From Lytechinus pictus (Eukaryota), in NCBI RefSeq assembly GCF_037042905.1, contig NC_087252.1:14386001-14450000 (forward strand): a stretch of DNA of 64,000 bases, read 5' to 3'. Below are positions 12,741 to 27,400 of this stretch, piece by piece. Each line of letters starts with the position of its first letter. Position 1 is the stretch's first letter. The translations under genes were made by a program, and so were the position numbers. Under the pieces are notes generated by a model. The model was not told where the DNA came from and did not search any database. It was given only the letters and a program-made list of their open reading frames with translations.

Positions 12741-15700
12741 AGATACGATAATGATATTCCAGTGGAATTAAAATGAGAATTGAGCTTAGTCTTTTCTCCA
12801 GACCCAGTTAATTAAAATTGGTGGAATTAATGTCTTTGTTGTTGTTTTAACTTATACAGCGCGTATTGTGAATATATGCGCTAAGAGTAAATTGAGAATC
12901 AAGCGTAGTCTTTTCTCCAGACCCGGTTACTTAAAACTAAAAACTAAATCCCTTTACCAACAAATGTAATAGTGCACTTTACCCACAAATGTAATAATTT
13001 TTGATCGCCCACAAATGTAATAATGACTTTACCCACAAATGTTATAAATTTTAAGGGATTTTTGGTGAATCTGTTCTAAACTAAATCCCTATAGTAATGC
13101 GTTCATATACTAGTAGCGCAAAGTCACAGTCTTTTTTTCCAGACCGGGTAATATAAAACATTTAAACAATCTTCCAAATAAAGATCCCCAAATTAATTCT
13201 TCTTAATGTTGAATAACATAGAAGTTAACGTAGTCTTCCATCCAGACCCAGATCTTTCAAATACCAAATGATGAATAATAATAGTAAATTAATAATAATA
13301 AAAAAAAAACAAAGGCCCACGATCCTATTTATGTTGAATAACCATTCCATTCCATTCCTTGTTTTTATTTGGCAATAAGTCATTATTGACTGTTATGAAA
13401 AGTAGGGTAACAATTTTATTTATTATTATTATTTTTATATTAATTGTTTTTATTATTTCTTGTATATGTGTGCCATCCTGGGAAAATGGGTATTATAGGT
13501 GAAATTTTTGATTTTGGTTTTTTAATGTTTTCTGGTACATGGACACATGTACAATGTGTATACGAAATATTAGAGTCTAATTCATATTTAAATTAGAGAT
13601 ATGGCCAATTGAATCAGGGGTACCCCCCCCCCCTGCCTGGCTGTATGGGTCGTCATGGTAGTCGGGCTTATTATTCATCTTTTCATGATAGCGAAATGTT
13701 GGTTCTTTTGTAACGCCCAACATACCTGGCATAGGCGAGGTGATCTTTTGTAGTGCAGACATAATTTTTATATATACACAGCTAGGCGAATACAATAAAA
13801 CAAATTATTCTACATATTCAACCACACCCACACTAGAACCCACACCCACACACTCACATTACATGCAAAAAAACCCTTATGGAGACTTTTTGTCATACTA
13901 TATATAGTTCGTCATAGCGCGTAGTTTTAACATGAGAGGAGGTTCCCAGATCCAATGACCAGGGGAAGATGGGGTTGGGTAATTCATCTGATTTTTTTGT
14001 TGTTGGGGGGGGGGGGAGGGGCAGCTTATCATATTTTTGGGGGGTGCCCACCCCCACAGGCGCCGCAGAACATTTTTTGAAAATGGGAGGGGCTGTCCAT
14101 GCAAAAAAAAAATCACAATCAAATGGTAATTTTTTACATGTTTATACATGCGTTCTGGGGGAAAAAAAGTGGGGCCTAAGCCCCTGCCCACCTCCATCCT
14201 AGATTTGTCCCTGCCCTTAACCCCCCCCCCAAAAAAAAAGACACCACCATGCTGTTTGTCCATACTTCACTTTCTCGCAAAGTAAAATCTAAAAAAAAAA
14301 TCATGCTTAAGCTTTGGAAAATAACCACAAACAAAATTCAATTTTGCAAAACCAAGTTTTTTCGGTGGCAATACACAATAGTGAAAAGCTGATGCGAGCT
14401 ACATTTCATTAAGATTTAATATGACAGCAACTCTTGATGAAATATCAACTTTCATTGAACTAGCGAATCAGGAAGCAGAAGGTTCACTGTTTTCATGGTA
14501 GTTTTCATTCGAGCAAGGGATCATATCCATATTTAATGAAATGGGCCACATTTGGTTTCTTTTTAGGGATGGGGTAGTCATGAAAATATATTTCACAAAT
14601 TGCTGCCAAATTATCTGGATCACTGAAGGATTTTTTTTAGGTCACTTCGTTTGAAAAGAAGAATAAAACTGTGCGTAAAAACTTGGCTCCACATATTAAT
14701 ACGACAGGTATTATAACTAACAAATACTCACAAATACATAGTCATCTTTTCTCTGCTACACTCTGTACACGTGTGTAATGATATGCGTTGTAAACATCTT
14801 GTGCTTGAATAAAAAAATAATATCAGAGTTTAATTCTTGATATGGAAGAGACTACATACATTTACTCTCTTCTATGCAGCAGTATTGGCAAAACTCAGGA
14901 ATGTGCATCGCTCTCCACTGTCCAAATTTGCACTAAAAATTATATAAAACACGATAATCTCTCCCTAGTGTGTGTGTTTAACATTATCACAAACTTCTTA
15001 ATACAGCAGCAAACTTACCACATTTCAATTTTCTACAATGACATCCTTCTAATTGGTTAGCAAACGTTACAAATTAAGTTTAATTTTTTTATCGAAAAAC
15101 TTCAGAGTTTGTTCATTCAAAGTAAAACATGTATTCATTGTTCAATTTCCTCTCCTACCGGGGAGGCCGCGAGGTGCCTTGTCCTCATCTAAGATCTTTC
15201 CATATATCATATTCCCTCTATTTGGAAAATCCAGTTGATAGCTTATCAGGGAGTATCTGAGAGACTATGTCAGCAGGGTTCACCAAAGGGGATAATTTTC
15301 TTCCTCTGCATTGTTTGCTTTCTTCATGTTCCAGTCTTAAAAATGCCACGTTCCGATGACTCAAATCTACATGTTTGATGAATGCAATTGAAAAGTTCAC
15401 CGATATTAATGTGTTATAAAAACAGTCACATTACACTCTCATTTCTTCATGATTCATGGACATTTATCAACAACATGATATTTAAAATACATTAACTTTT
15501 CACTCTTTGGCTTTGTGTAAATGTTACTTGTATTTCTAATAAAGGTGGAAGTACTCCCTGATGTCATATTTTTCTACAAAAAATAATAAGATTTAACTAT
15601 TGTTGGGTAAAAAAATCCCTCCAAAATTCATGAGATGTTCATATTTAAATGTTTAATGTGATATATCACTTGCAAAAAGCTTTCTCTGCATGAGCCTTTA

Positions 15701-16534
15701 TCCAAATTCTATATTTTTTTTTCATTTTTTATTGTTTTTATCATTTTATATTTTTTTATATTTTCCATAATTCTAGATTTCATGTACTAATAGTGGTAAA
15801 ATAAATTTTAAAACAATATCTTATAAAACGGCAATTAATTCGTGGAAAAATCGGTTACAACTGACATGATAAAGTAACAACTGGCACACTATTTCCATAT
15901 AGAATATGGATAAAGCATGGAAAGCTACCTGAAGCTGTGGTAATGGTGAATCCCATATCAGAGTCTTAAAGTACTTCTTGAAGGGCTGCTGTCAGCTGTA
16001 TGTTGGTTCTGAGATGTCTTGTTCTCACTGCACTAATACAGTTGCTCTGTAGATCCCGTGCCTTTAACATGTTTAACACAACGAAAGAAAACAAGGCCAA
16101 TTAGTTAACAAATTTTCAGAGTTAAAGTTTATTAAAAAAAAACACTACTTAAGAAAAAAAACTTAACAAAAAAACAATTAAAACTATAATTTTTTTTTTC
16201 AAAAATATGTCTTTTCATTTTTCTTTATAATATTGAATGATTTTGTGTAGAAAGTTGGCGAACCTCATGTAATGTAGCTCGACCAGATTGTAGAAAAAAT
16301 AAGAAATACCCCCCACACCCGCCCCCAAAATACATTGTTATTTTTGAATAAATTTCTTATAAATTGTGACAATCTGTTTTCTAGTTATAATTTCGATATC
16401 ATTTGCACAGCTTTGGTGAAGCTCATACCAAATAGACCCCACCCCCTCCGAAAAAAAAAAATTGAAATCAGAAGTCCGACAAATAAGAATTTGTTAGAAG
16501 AGGGGATTTGAAAAATGTCCATAATTAACCGATT

Positions 16535-17020
16535 TAAAAGGGTACTCCGAGCTGAAAATAATTTCATCAAATGTAAGCAAATGCTGCAAATTTCATCAAA
16601 ATCTGATAACAACTAGATCTAAAAGGGTTTTTCATGCAATATAAAAACAGTTATATGCACGTCTTAATAAATATTCGTTAGATGGGCTGATGATGACACC
16701 CCACTTTAACTTTTCTTATAACAAAACATGAAATCATACTTATTTTATTTGGTCATACGTGTGTGAATGATATGTCACCTTTTTGCATGAATTAATATCT
16801 AGTCTTGGAGGGGGGGGGGGGATAGAACAAACATAATTTCATGTAACAAGGTGAGACATCTTTGCATCAGTTTGTCAAGTAAATTCATAAAAACATGCAT
16901 AGAACTGTTTCACCGAAATCCATATCTTTAAATTATCATAGCTCTTTTACTCCTTGTCCAATTTTGATTTTTTTATATACATTTTTTACAAACTTGTTGC
17001 ATGTGATAGATTTAACTTAA
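16535..17020 (+). mobile_element. Diverged copy of the Kolobok-like MITE family
   Basis: Shares AAATTTCATCAAAATC, AACAGTTATATGCAC and CTGATGATGAC motifs with 61190-61605. Confidence 0.5.
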
Positions 17021-20000
17021 ATGGTTACAAGTATGTAACGAAGGCCTATCTAAGTACGTGCAGATCTAGATCTAGTTGATAGCCTAGGCATACATAAGTT
17101 AGATCTTAAAAAGGCCGTCAAAGTCCCGGACAAATACCGCGAATCGCTGCAGCAGTCGCATGTAATTTGACGTTTAAAGTCGTTCCTAAAAAAGCTCTCT
17201 CTCGATCGATCCACATAAACACGCAACACAAAATTCACATTCACGTGTTTAGTTGCCATGTTCCTCGCATCGCAATTATCAATGAATATAACAAAACAAC
17301 TCAATCTGCAACATAATTTAACTTACCTTCATGGATTTCAGCCAAGGGAATTAAATTCAATCAACATGTATCCGAACCCGCCACCAAATATATCGAGCCG
17401 ATATCCACAGTTCTGAAAAATAAAAATGCGCCTGACATTTTTTTTCCCCGCGGGTTGTTTGTTTTGTTTTTCCTCGCGACGCGCGCCAGACAAAAGTTTG
17501 ATGACACGCGTATTTAAATGACGTCCTAGCGCATTTATTGTCTCTCACCAATAGTCTGGTTTTTGCGCGACGCCACACATTATTATTCATTCCTTTTTTT
17601 TTCTATGAAAAAAAAAACACACACACACAAAAAAACATTTAAATACATATGAAACAAAAAAACTGAGGAATAAGATATCAGCAAACAATAGGGGGATTAC
17701 TTCCCGAAAAAGATAAAATTGTTGATCGACGATCTATGAAATATTATAAAGAAAATCATTCTAACGAGAGGGGATAACGTTTTAACATAAAGTAAAGTAA
17801 GGACGGAGATAGAAAGGATTTATGTGATCAAGAAGTGATAAGATAGGGAAAAAAAAAACTGATTTGACATGACTGAAAGAGAGACAGGCAAAGAAAACAA
17901 GGCAAACAATATTAACAAAGACCCCACAATATCATTGATGTTGAATAACGTTGTTGCTGTTGTTATCTTGGGTTTTAAGGCGCATATCATTCAGATATGA
18001 ATATTTATGCCTATGATTAATTTGTCGTTTTTGTGGTATGCGTTATCACAGGGTTTTTATAGTTTGGAAGATGCTAGGATCTAAGTTTTAAGATTAATGT
18101 TTAGCTTAATTTGTAATTTTAAGAGAACTGGGTGTGGGGTAAAGACAACACTCTAAGCCCAAGCATTTTAACTGGGTTTAATTTGGAAGATTGGTTAATT
18201 AGCTTTGATTTTTTTTTCTCAATATTTGTTTATCTTTTAAATAATCGGGTCTAGACGGAAGACTAAGCATACAGTAATACTCGTGTATTCAAATAACATT
18301 AAAAAATCAGTTTCGAAAACTTTCAAATTTTTTCTAAACCAGAGATATAGCACATCTATTTTACATTGTCTCCGAATGAACAATATTGATCTTAACGAGA
18401 ATAGACGGCTTGTTAACAACCATGAAACAGGTCTATATGCTCATTCTGTGCTGTGCCGGAAACAACTCTCCACTATCTCACAAAATGTCCCCAATACTCA
18501 CAAGAAAGGGAAAAGCTCTTACTTGAAATAAATAAAAGTGAATTGGATTTAAAGAGAATTCTCAATTCAGCAGAGTATTCGCATCAAAAAGCTTTGGTAT
18601 CCTTCGTAAGAAGGACCCAAAGATTCACATAGTATATTCGAGTCGTTTTAACATATTGTTAATTGAAATAATTGAACGTTGTATTTAGTTCCATTCATGT
18701 ATGAATCTCATGTTTGATGACTCTTATAAACCCATGTTGGGGGAAAATAATTATATACGTGTTGATATGAATGCATTACACATATTATGTCTTTTGTATG
18801 ATCTTATCAATTTGTAAATATCTGATTTATTGAACAAACTATGAGATGTGAAAATTAACCCAATGCACGATAATTGCACAAGACTCAGAACGTTTGTTTT
18901 GTCTCGAACCTAACCATTTGTACTAACTTTGATTTTCGAAAATCGGATGAAGGAGATCATTTCGTCAACAGACATCACACAGCCTTGACTGGTATTGGGG
19001 GGGGGGCCTAAGGCTACGCATGCGCATCATGCAGTAGCTGAGAAACCTGATCAATGTACCGATCCGGGCTTGGCCAGATAATACATCTAAAGAGGCTAAG
19101 TGATTTGTGATGACAGTCTGTTGTGATTCTCCAAAATTGAGCGAATAATGCAGCGCTCTACCTTCCTTTTACTGAATTGATTCAAGTACAGAAAAGTTAT
19201 AAATAAAATTACCGCAAATTATGCTGGCGCAAATATTCACTACTGAATGACACGCGCCGTATAAGCTAAAACAACAACGTTATTCCACAGGAATAAGAAT
19301 ATGACAAAGTCTGATGTTTTTAAGATTGTTTAAATTATTTTTTAAATGACTGGGTCTGGAATAAAGACAACGCTCTAAACATGTGCTTTTCTACATGGTC
19401 TTAATTTGAAGGATTGTTGGTTCTTAGATTCGTTGTTGGGGGTTGGGTTTTATTGCTTTTTTATTCTTGAAATAACTGTGTCTGGAGGAAAGTCTATAAT
19501 CGATATTCATGTTATTCCACAATAATTAGATTATTAGGTATTCGTTTTAGAATGTTTGTAAAAACTATTTTATTTTTTTCAAATAATAACCAAGTCTGGA
19601 GAAAGGATGTTTGCTTTACCCATGCATTATTACAATGTTTTGTAGGGGTCTCAGTATTATTAAAAAAAAAACTGGGTGTGGGGTAAAGACATATTTTGGG
19701 GGGTATTTTGGGTGTAACTGTGAATATTGTTCTTAGACTTGAAGTTTTTTTACTTCATTTTTTAAATCACCGGGTCTGGAGGAAAGAGTACGTTTTAAAA
19801 CTCGTGTTATTCCACAAGAATAAGAATATGATAGGGTCTTTCGCTAGAAGATTTTTTTTGTAATTTTTTTTAATGATTAGGTCTGGAATAAAGACAACGC
19901 TCTAAACCTCTTTTTAAAACAGGTTATTCGGTTGAAGGACTGTTTGGTCTTAGATTTTGAGTTTTTTGTATTATTACTATTAGCGTTATTTAGAAAAAAA

Positions 20001-21987
20001 ATAACTGGGTCTGGCTGAAAGACTACGCTATATTTCCATGTTATCCAGCATTAATAAGATTATGGGGTCTATATACTGTTTTTTGTTGCTGTTGTATTGT
20101 TATTTATAATTTTGGAATAACAGGGTTTGGAGAAAAGACTAAGCTCGATTTTCATTTTTATTCCACTGGAATATTATTATGGTATCTTAGTTTGGACTTA
20201 TATTATAATTTTTGAAATAACCGGGTCTGGAAAAAAGACTTTGGACTTATTTTATAATTTTTTAAACATCCGGGTCTGGAAAAAAGACTTTGGACTTATA
20301 TTATAATTTTTCAATTAACCGGGTCTGGAAAAAAGAGTTTGCACTTTTGTGCTATATGAACGCATTACTATAGGGTTTTAGTTTTTAGTTTTAAGTAACC
20401 GGGTCTGGAGAAAAGACTACGCTTGATTCTCAATTTACCTTTAGTGCATATAGTCACAATACGCGCTGTATAAGTTAAAACAACAACAAAGACATTAATT
20501 CCACCAATTTTAATTAACTGGGTCTGGAGAAAAGACTAAGCTCAATTCTCATTTTAATTCCACTGGAATATCATTATCGTATCTTAGTTTGGATTAATAT
20601 TATAATTTTTGAAATAACGGGTCTGGAAAAAAGACTTTGGACTTTTGTGCTATATGAACGCATTACTATAGGGTTTTAGTTTTTAGTTTTAAGTAACCGG
20701 GTCTGGAGAAAAGACTACGCTTGATTCTCAATTTACTCTTAGTGCATATAGTCACAATACGCACTGTATAAGTTAAAACAACAACAAAGACATTAATTCC
20801 ACCAGTTTTAATTAACTGGGTCTGGAGAAAGACTAAGCTCGATCATTTCTATTCCCTTGGAATATTATTATCGTATCTTAGTTTGGACTTATATAATATT
20901 TTTTGAAATAACCGGATTCGCCAAAAATCCCTTCAAATTTATTACATTTGTGGGTAAAGTCATTATTACATTTGTGGGTGATCAAAAATTATTACATTTG
21001 TGGGTAAAGTGCATTATTACATTTGTGGGTAAAATTATTACATTTGTGGGTAAAGTGTTATTACATTTGTGGGTGCAACACCCCCCTTCAGCAAACGTAT
21101 ATAAAACGCGAAGTCCATAAATTTGTATGTTTGCCGTAATGAAAAATATAAGGTCAGCCTAACTTTTTTTCTTTATACGGATCCTTTTCTACTACGCTAT
21201 TCGCCAGAAAAAGAAAAGGCAAAAAAAGAAGAAAGAAACTGGCGAAAAAGTAGGAAAATTGATAACATTTTTTTTAGGGGGGGGGGTAGGTGTAAGATTA
21301 AGAGGGGTTTGTCGGGACACGCCAAACAAACGTGTTTTCTAGTTGGATGCCTCACCGTAAATTATCATTCTATTTCCTAAATTTCCGGCGAGGAAACTTT
21401 TACTTCATTATTGGTTTTAGCATGTGAACTGATTATGCTTTTGTCGAATTTTCAGTGCAAAAAAAATCACCTGGCGGAGAATGAGAGAATGGGATGAAGA
21501 GCTTCCAAAACCTAACATGACAAATTCATTCTATAAAATGACGTGAATTACAAATTGAGGTGGGGGACTAGTAATCTATCATTCTTTATAAGTAAATATT
21601 CATGCAATAGCGCACATAATGGTTTACATTATGCCTTTTTGGTATATTTCCTCTTTCCCCCCTCTCATCCTTTCTGTCGTTTTACATGTATCTCGATTTG
21701 CATTTTCTATTTTTTTTTCTGAATCTCACTTGCATCTTCTTCCATCCCTATGCGTATCATCACCCATGGGAATTGTATTTTTTTAATAAAGCACCGTCAT
21801 GCTCAAGAAGAAAACGTTCTTGTCATTTCATAAGCGTCTGCATGTTTTGTCAATAAATGAGTAGACTTTACATTTGTATTCATTACGTCTTACCCCCGTT
21901 TGGGAACGGACCGCAGTTCGGATTGCAAACTGCGGTATTTCACCCCATTTTGCGTTTGAAAATCTAAAACATCATTTCCAAGCCCTG

Positions 21988-22124
21988 GGGGTCGTTTCAT
22001 AAAGCTGTTCGTAAGTTAAGAGCGACTTTAACAACGACTGGTGATCATCGCCAATTGTACCATTTACCGCAAGACATGATCACCAGTCGCTCTTAACTTA
22101 CGAACAGCTTTATGAAACACCCGC
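21988..22124. mobile_element. PIF/Harbinger-type MITE, CTG TSD
   Basis: CTG|GGGGTCGTTTCATAAAGCTGTTCGTAAGTTAAGAGCGACT ... AGTCGCTCTTAACTTACGAACAGCTTTATGAAACACCCGC|CTG. Confidence 0.8.
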
Positions 22125-23229
22125 CTGATCAACCCCGCTTGGCCAGGTAATCCCCACAGGCTAGATTATGAGCGTTGAGCCAAGGACGAAATGATAACAA
22201 CAGCTGTGCTATTACGTAAGTCTTCTCTGCCTGTAGAAGGACCTTCGAATTAAATTATTGTATTCGATATTTAATCACGTTTTCAAAGGCATATTGTATT
22301 CAGAAATTCAATGCTAGCCCATTTTCAATTTCGAACAAAGAAAATCAACCTCGAAATAAGGAAAGTAAGTGAATAAAAAATGGCGACATGTTTTCCCGGA
22401 CCGCACTCGGGCTGTTGTGTTATCTTCGGACCGAGGTCAAGAAACAGGTGTTTTGATACTTACATTGCATGCCTGGGGCAGTAGGGTTTTCGTACTTGGA
22501 GAAGAGGGGTATAGTGTTATCAAACGGAGCTCTTTCGTCATGTTAATGTTACTGTCGTAATACGAAAAGCAGTATTCCTAAGAGCTTTTTGTATTGCTAA
22601 ATACGAAAAGCATTCAGTAGGTAATCCTGACGAAATCACTAATCTTCCTTTTATTCAGGGCGTTGACTATTTGTTCCCTGCTCTTTTTATAAGGGATTTG
22701 TTTGAGCGTCCGCCATGACTTTCTTTTGTTTGGGGAGTGCCGAGATCAAGAACTACAAGGACGTTTTATTTTCAAAAGAGCAGAGGATAAACGGTGTTCT
22801 AAATTGCTTTATTTTATGTTTGTTTCCTTTGAAATAGAAGACAAAAATAAAAGCAATAAGATGAGAGAACGAGAGAAAGCGGGGGTCAAAAGTGCACCAG
22901 GGGCCCGTTTTATATGAAATTTGTTTACAAATTTTCAATAACACTTGAAAGCTACTGAAATCTATGTGACTGGCGGATGGTATTTTTTTTTTAATTATTG
23001 CGCATTTGTCAATATAAAATGTACATGTATTTACAAAACGGTACCAAGGGATTTTTCTTTTCGTTTTCCCTTTCGCTGGTTTCTAACCTGTAACTGAATT
23101 ATCTACCGCTACCGTTCTTCTCATCTAAATTATATCTGTATCGTCTTCCTTCTCCCCGATTTGGATTACGAGGAATATACCCGCCCCATCCCCCTCTATC
23201 CATTCTCTCTGATTTTTTTCTTCTCAGTA

Positions 23230-23987
23230 CACTGTTAGAAAAATATCAGTTTTTTAACGGAAAAAGTCCGGCAGCAAAATTTTTGTTCCGTAAATTTACA
23301 GAAAGTGATAATTTATAGAAAAGTTCTGTAAAAAATACAAGATTCCGTAAATTACAATTATTGAAAATATGGGCTTTATTTACGGAAACTTTACAGAAAA
23401 TTTATATGAATTAATATAATTCCTTATAAATAATTAACGGAAAAAAAATTTGTCCGGAAATTTTGCTGCCAGATTTTTTTTTGTCCGTAATTTTACGAAT
23501 TCCTTTTCCGTAAAATTACCGTACATTTACAAATTCCCATGTAAAATACGGATTTTATTCACAGAAATATTACAGAAAATTTACGTAAATTAACATAATT
23601 CCGTATAAATAATTAATGGAAAAAAAAAATTGTCCGGAAATTTTGCCGCCGAAATTTTTTTTTTCATCCGTAATTTTACGGATTTCTATTCCTTAAAATA
23701 ACCGTACTTTTACTAAATTCCCATGTAAAATACAGATTTTATTTACAAAATTTTACTGAAAATTTACGTAAATAAACATGATTCTGTATAAATAATTAAT
23801 GAAAAAAAATTCGTCCGGAAATTTTGCTGCCGGAATTTTCTTTTTTAATCCGTAATTTTACGGATTCCTTTTTTGTAAAATTACCGTACTTTTACAAAAT
23901 TCCCATGTAAATTTACACATTTCCGTAAAAAAAAAAACAAGTTTACAGAATTCATAAAAAAAAATTCAGATTTTTTTTAATCAGTAG
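23230..23987. mobile_element. MITE with CACTGTTAGAAAAA-like termini and ~3 internal ~177 bp tandem units
   Basis: TA|CACTGTTAGAAAAA start; repeated unit containing TCCGGAAATTTTGC...TCCGTAATTTTACG...TTCCCATGTAAA; degenerate right end. Confidence 0.65.
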
Positions 23988-24065
23988 ATACAATAGGAAC
24001 GCTGGTTTGCTATTTAAACATGTACTCCCAAACACAGGGTAGATTGTATGAATGCATTCACTTAA

Positions 24066-24788
24066 CCCTAAAAAGACTGGGGGGGGGGGCTGAATCAGCC
24101 CCCCCCCCCCTCAACATTTTTCGCGATAAATCCGCCGCGCGAAATTTTTTGACCGCGTCACTCACTGACTTTTTACTTTCAAGTCTCGTGCAACTTTTGA
24201 GACCAAAAATTGTAACCCCCGGGTACGCGATTCCGAAATTACACAACATTTCGTAAGTGCATGCAGACCCCAAATTACTCAAAAACGTGAATTTGTGTAC
24301 AAATCCAATGCAAATAGTGTTTTTAGCCAAAATTCATAAATGTATAATTATTTTTCCTTTTACTGCTTAAAATCAATTACTTATGTCTTTTTTATGGTAA
24401 AAAAAATGTCCCTGACGATTTCCATTGAAAAAACAATAGAAAACAAAAAGTAAAAAAACAAAGAAATACATGAGAAATTTAGAAAACAATAGAATACATA
24501 AGAAAATAAATGTGATGTTGAAATTTTTGAAAAAATAAATTTCATCAGATCAGATGAGTATGTGAAACAAGAATTAGCATTTTAGGGGCATTATTTCATT
24601 AATTAGAGCAAACTTATGATTTTACGCATAAATTAGCATAATTAATGAGCAATGAGATTTTTCGCAGAATATTATAGTTTTGTAGATAATGCCATGGGTA
24701 ACGCGCGTGCCAATTTTCGTCGCGATCGCGCGATCGATGGCCGATCGATGGTCTTCGTAGGCATCGAAATAGCCCAGTCTATTTAGGG
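24066..24788. mobile_element. piggyBac-type MITE
   Basis: TTAA|CCCTAAAAAGACTGGG ... CCCAGTCTATTTAGGG|TTAG (right TSD has one mismatch). Confidence 0.8.
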
Positions 24789-26159
24789 TTAGCGCAAGAA
24801 CACAAAAGGTGTATAGGTTGGGATGAGTTTAATCAACCGTGACCGAGTCAACGTTCAGCATAAATTACAAAGGATCGTAAGTGCAAAACACATACAACAT
24901 GTATGGAACGCCAAGAGGCATGATGCTATAAATAAAAATAACTCATACTGGCGTGACTCATATTCTCTTCTCTTGTCAATCATGAAAATGTATGCACAAG
25001 AACAACATATGCCTGAAATAAAATCAAACCAGCTATAGTATGAGTAAACTTAACAACGTTATCGTTTACAAGCGACCTTAAAACATGTAGGAAAATGCAT
25101 ATAAGTAATAACCGTAACAATGTAATCTTTTGCAAACAACCTTAGCATATACTGTAGGTTGGAAATTGTATGTTAAAACATCTGCATAAAATTAACAATC
25201 AAATATTATAAAATGATTACGTATCTTGAAAATCATTATAAAAAAATGACTAATAAAACTCAGTGACAAAATATTTGATCATTAATATCTTGTGTATACC
25301 AAACAGCTTGATCTACACGCAGCTGCACAATATCATTTAAACCGATAAATTTTACGCATACCAAAAACTATCAATTTTCTAATGTACAAATCATTTTTTA
25401 TTTACACCAGCTTGACTGTTTGCTTAAATGATACTCTTACTTATGTGCTCCCTCTCTGATTTCTAGATATTGTCATCATCATCAACTTTGTCTGGAGACC
25501 TAAATTAATAGAAACAACCTCAGTCAAATAGATTTAACAGTTCCCAGAAACACTCAATAATCGTTTAATTCAATTACTCGGTTGGGTCCGATAGTCCGCG
25601 GGTCCGATAGACCGCGGGTCCGATAGTCCGCGGTGTGCGTACAATTCTGATCAGCAGGATATAGTGAGATCCAATGTCATCAAGAGGTCAAAAGGTCAAT
25701 GATACGAGTCCATGGGGTTCTAAAACGATGACCCAAAGGACACTCGCCCCCTGACAACTACTTCAAGGAAAATATTATCTCCATATTTTTATCGTCGGGG
25801 ACTGTTACCCCCCCCCCCCCATCCCGGAAATTTACCCTCTAGACGCCAATTACCCCTACTACGGAGCCTTTCAAATGTCATTGACTTGACGACATGGCGA
25901 GATTCTTTATCGTGCCATGTCGACTAAATAAGCTTATAATGTCGGCATGGCGAGATACGTTATCCTGCCAAGTCCACATATAAAAAGTTATACGTCAACA
26001 TGGTAAGATATTTTATCTTGCCAAGTCTTGTCGAACTTTTGTAGAGGGCACCAAGATAAAAAAAATAAATGAAATCGGGGGGGGGGTAGAAGTTAAAGAA
26101 TATCTGATATTTTATTTTTTAAAACACATTGAGGTATTTCACAAGGCCTAAATAAATAA

Positions 26160-27400
26160 TGAGAACGCGAAGCGCGATCTGATTTTTAAAAAAATTGTAT
26201 TTCATCCTGAAAGCCTAATTCCGGGGGCGGACCCAGCTTCCGCAAATAAGGAGGGAGGGGGGGGGGGGGAATTTTTCCACCCATATTTTCCCCGATCGGC
26301 CGCTCAATGTTGATTTTTTTGTTGGTTTCTTTGAAGGGGTTGTTCCAGTGGCGTAATGATCCAACAATTTTTAGGGGGTTCGATAATGCGTACCGCATCA
26401 AATTAATAAGAAGTTTCCAGTTGCAAAGCGAGCAAGCAAATATGCTGACATTTTTATTACAAAAATACAAGGTTGTGATAGATTTTGACATAATATTCGG
26501 AAAATAATATCATATTTCATCCTTATCCCTTTCATTTTCTCTCTTTTTTTTCTTAGTCGTGATTCTTTTTTCTTTTATTATTATTTTCATTTTATTTTAT
26601 TTTATTTTATATATATATATATTTTTTTTTTTTTTGGGGGGGGGGGAGCAAAACGCCCATGTCCTAACAGTCATTTCCTAGCTTTACTTTATAAACAACA
26701 TAAATGTGTAATAATCTCATAAGCCCTATGTAAGGTAAAAAAATAGAAATTTCATGTATTTTGTCCTGAAAATTCTGGGCAATGTTTGTAAACCTGAACA
26801 GAACGCATTATGTAGCTAGATAATTACCATGAGCGCGAAGCGCGATCAGAAGTGTTAAATATGCATTCTGGCCTAGTCGAAAAGGGACCTGTTAAAGACG
26901 TTTTGCAGTTAGCCATTAAGACGATACATATGTCAACGATTAAATAACGTGAGCGCGAGGCGCGAGCTGAACATTTTTGATATTCCAACCCAAAAAGATG
27001 AGATTTCAAACCCCCCAACGGGACACTCGAGTCATGTTTTGTCAATCATGAAAAAGGATGGGTAATTTTTGGTATCTTGATAATGCGAGCGCAAAGCGCG
27101 ATCAGAAAATTGTTGATATTCTGATCTGAAACTGGATAATTTTAGTACGATTTGAATAAGATCAAGCTGCATATCCCCAAAACATGCGTGCGCGTGTTTT
27201 AGAGTTAGACAGAATCTGCATTCTGAATACATTTCATTTTTCATCATGAAAATCAATAATGCGAGCGCAGAGCGCGAGTTGAAAATAATATTTGAAATTC
27301 CGATATGAAATGAGTCAATTTATGCACTATTTACAGCACTGTGTATATAGGGAAATTGTGACGTCGATGCGGATATCGCCCCCCCCCCAAAAAAAAAAAA
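26160..27400. mobile_element. Cluster of GCGAGCGCGAAGCGCG-motif non-autonomous DNA element fragments
   Basis: CAGTGGCGTA terminus at ~26346; repeated GAGCGCGAAGCGCGA units as in 42036-43860. Confidence 0.55.

Larger units (their letters stand above)
11834..21080. mobile_element. 9.2 kb fold-back DNA element with long modular TIRs and TGT...ACA ends (Ginger-like, non-autonomous)
   Basis: Left end TGTTACACCCACAAATGTAATAA; right end TTATTACATTTGTGGGTGCAACA; CCCC on both flanks. Arms ~11834-13260 and ~19330-21080 are inverted and built from CCCACAAATGTAATAA and AGTCTTTTTTCCAGACCC subrepeats. No transposase ORF seen. Confidence 0.85.
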
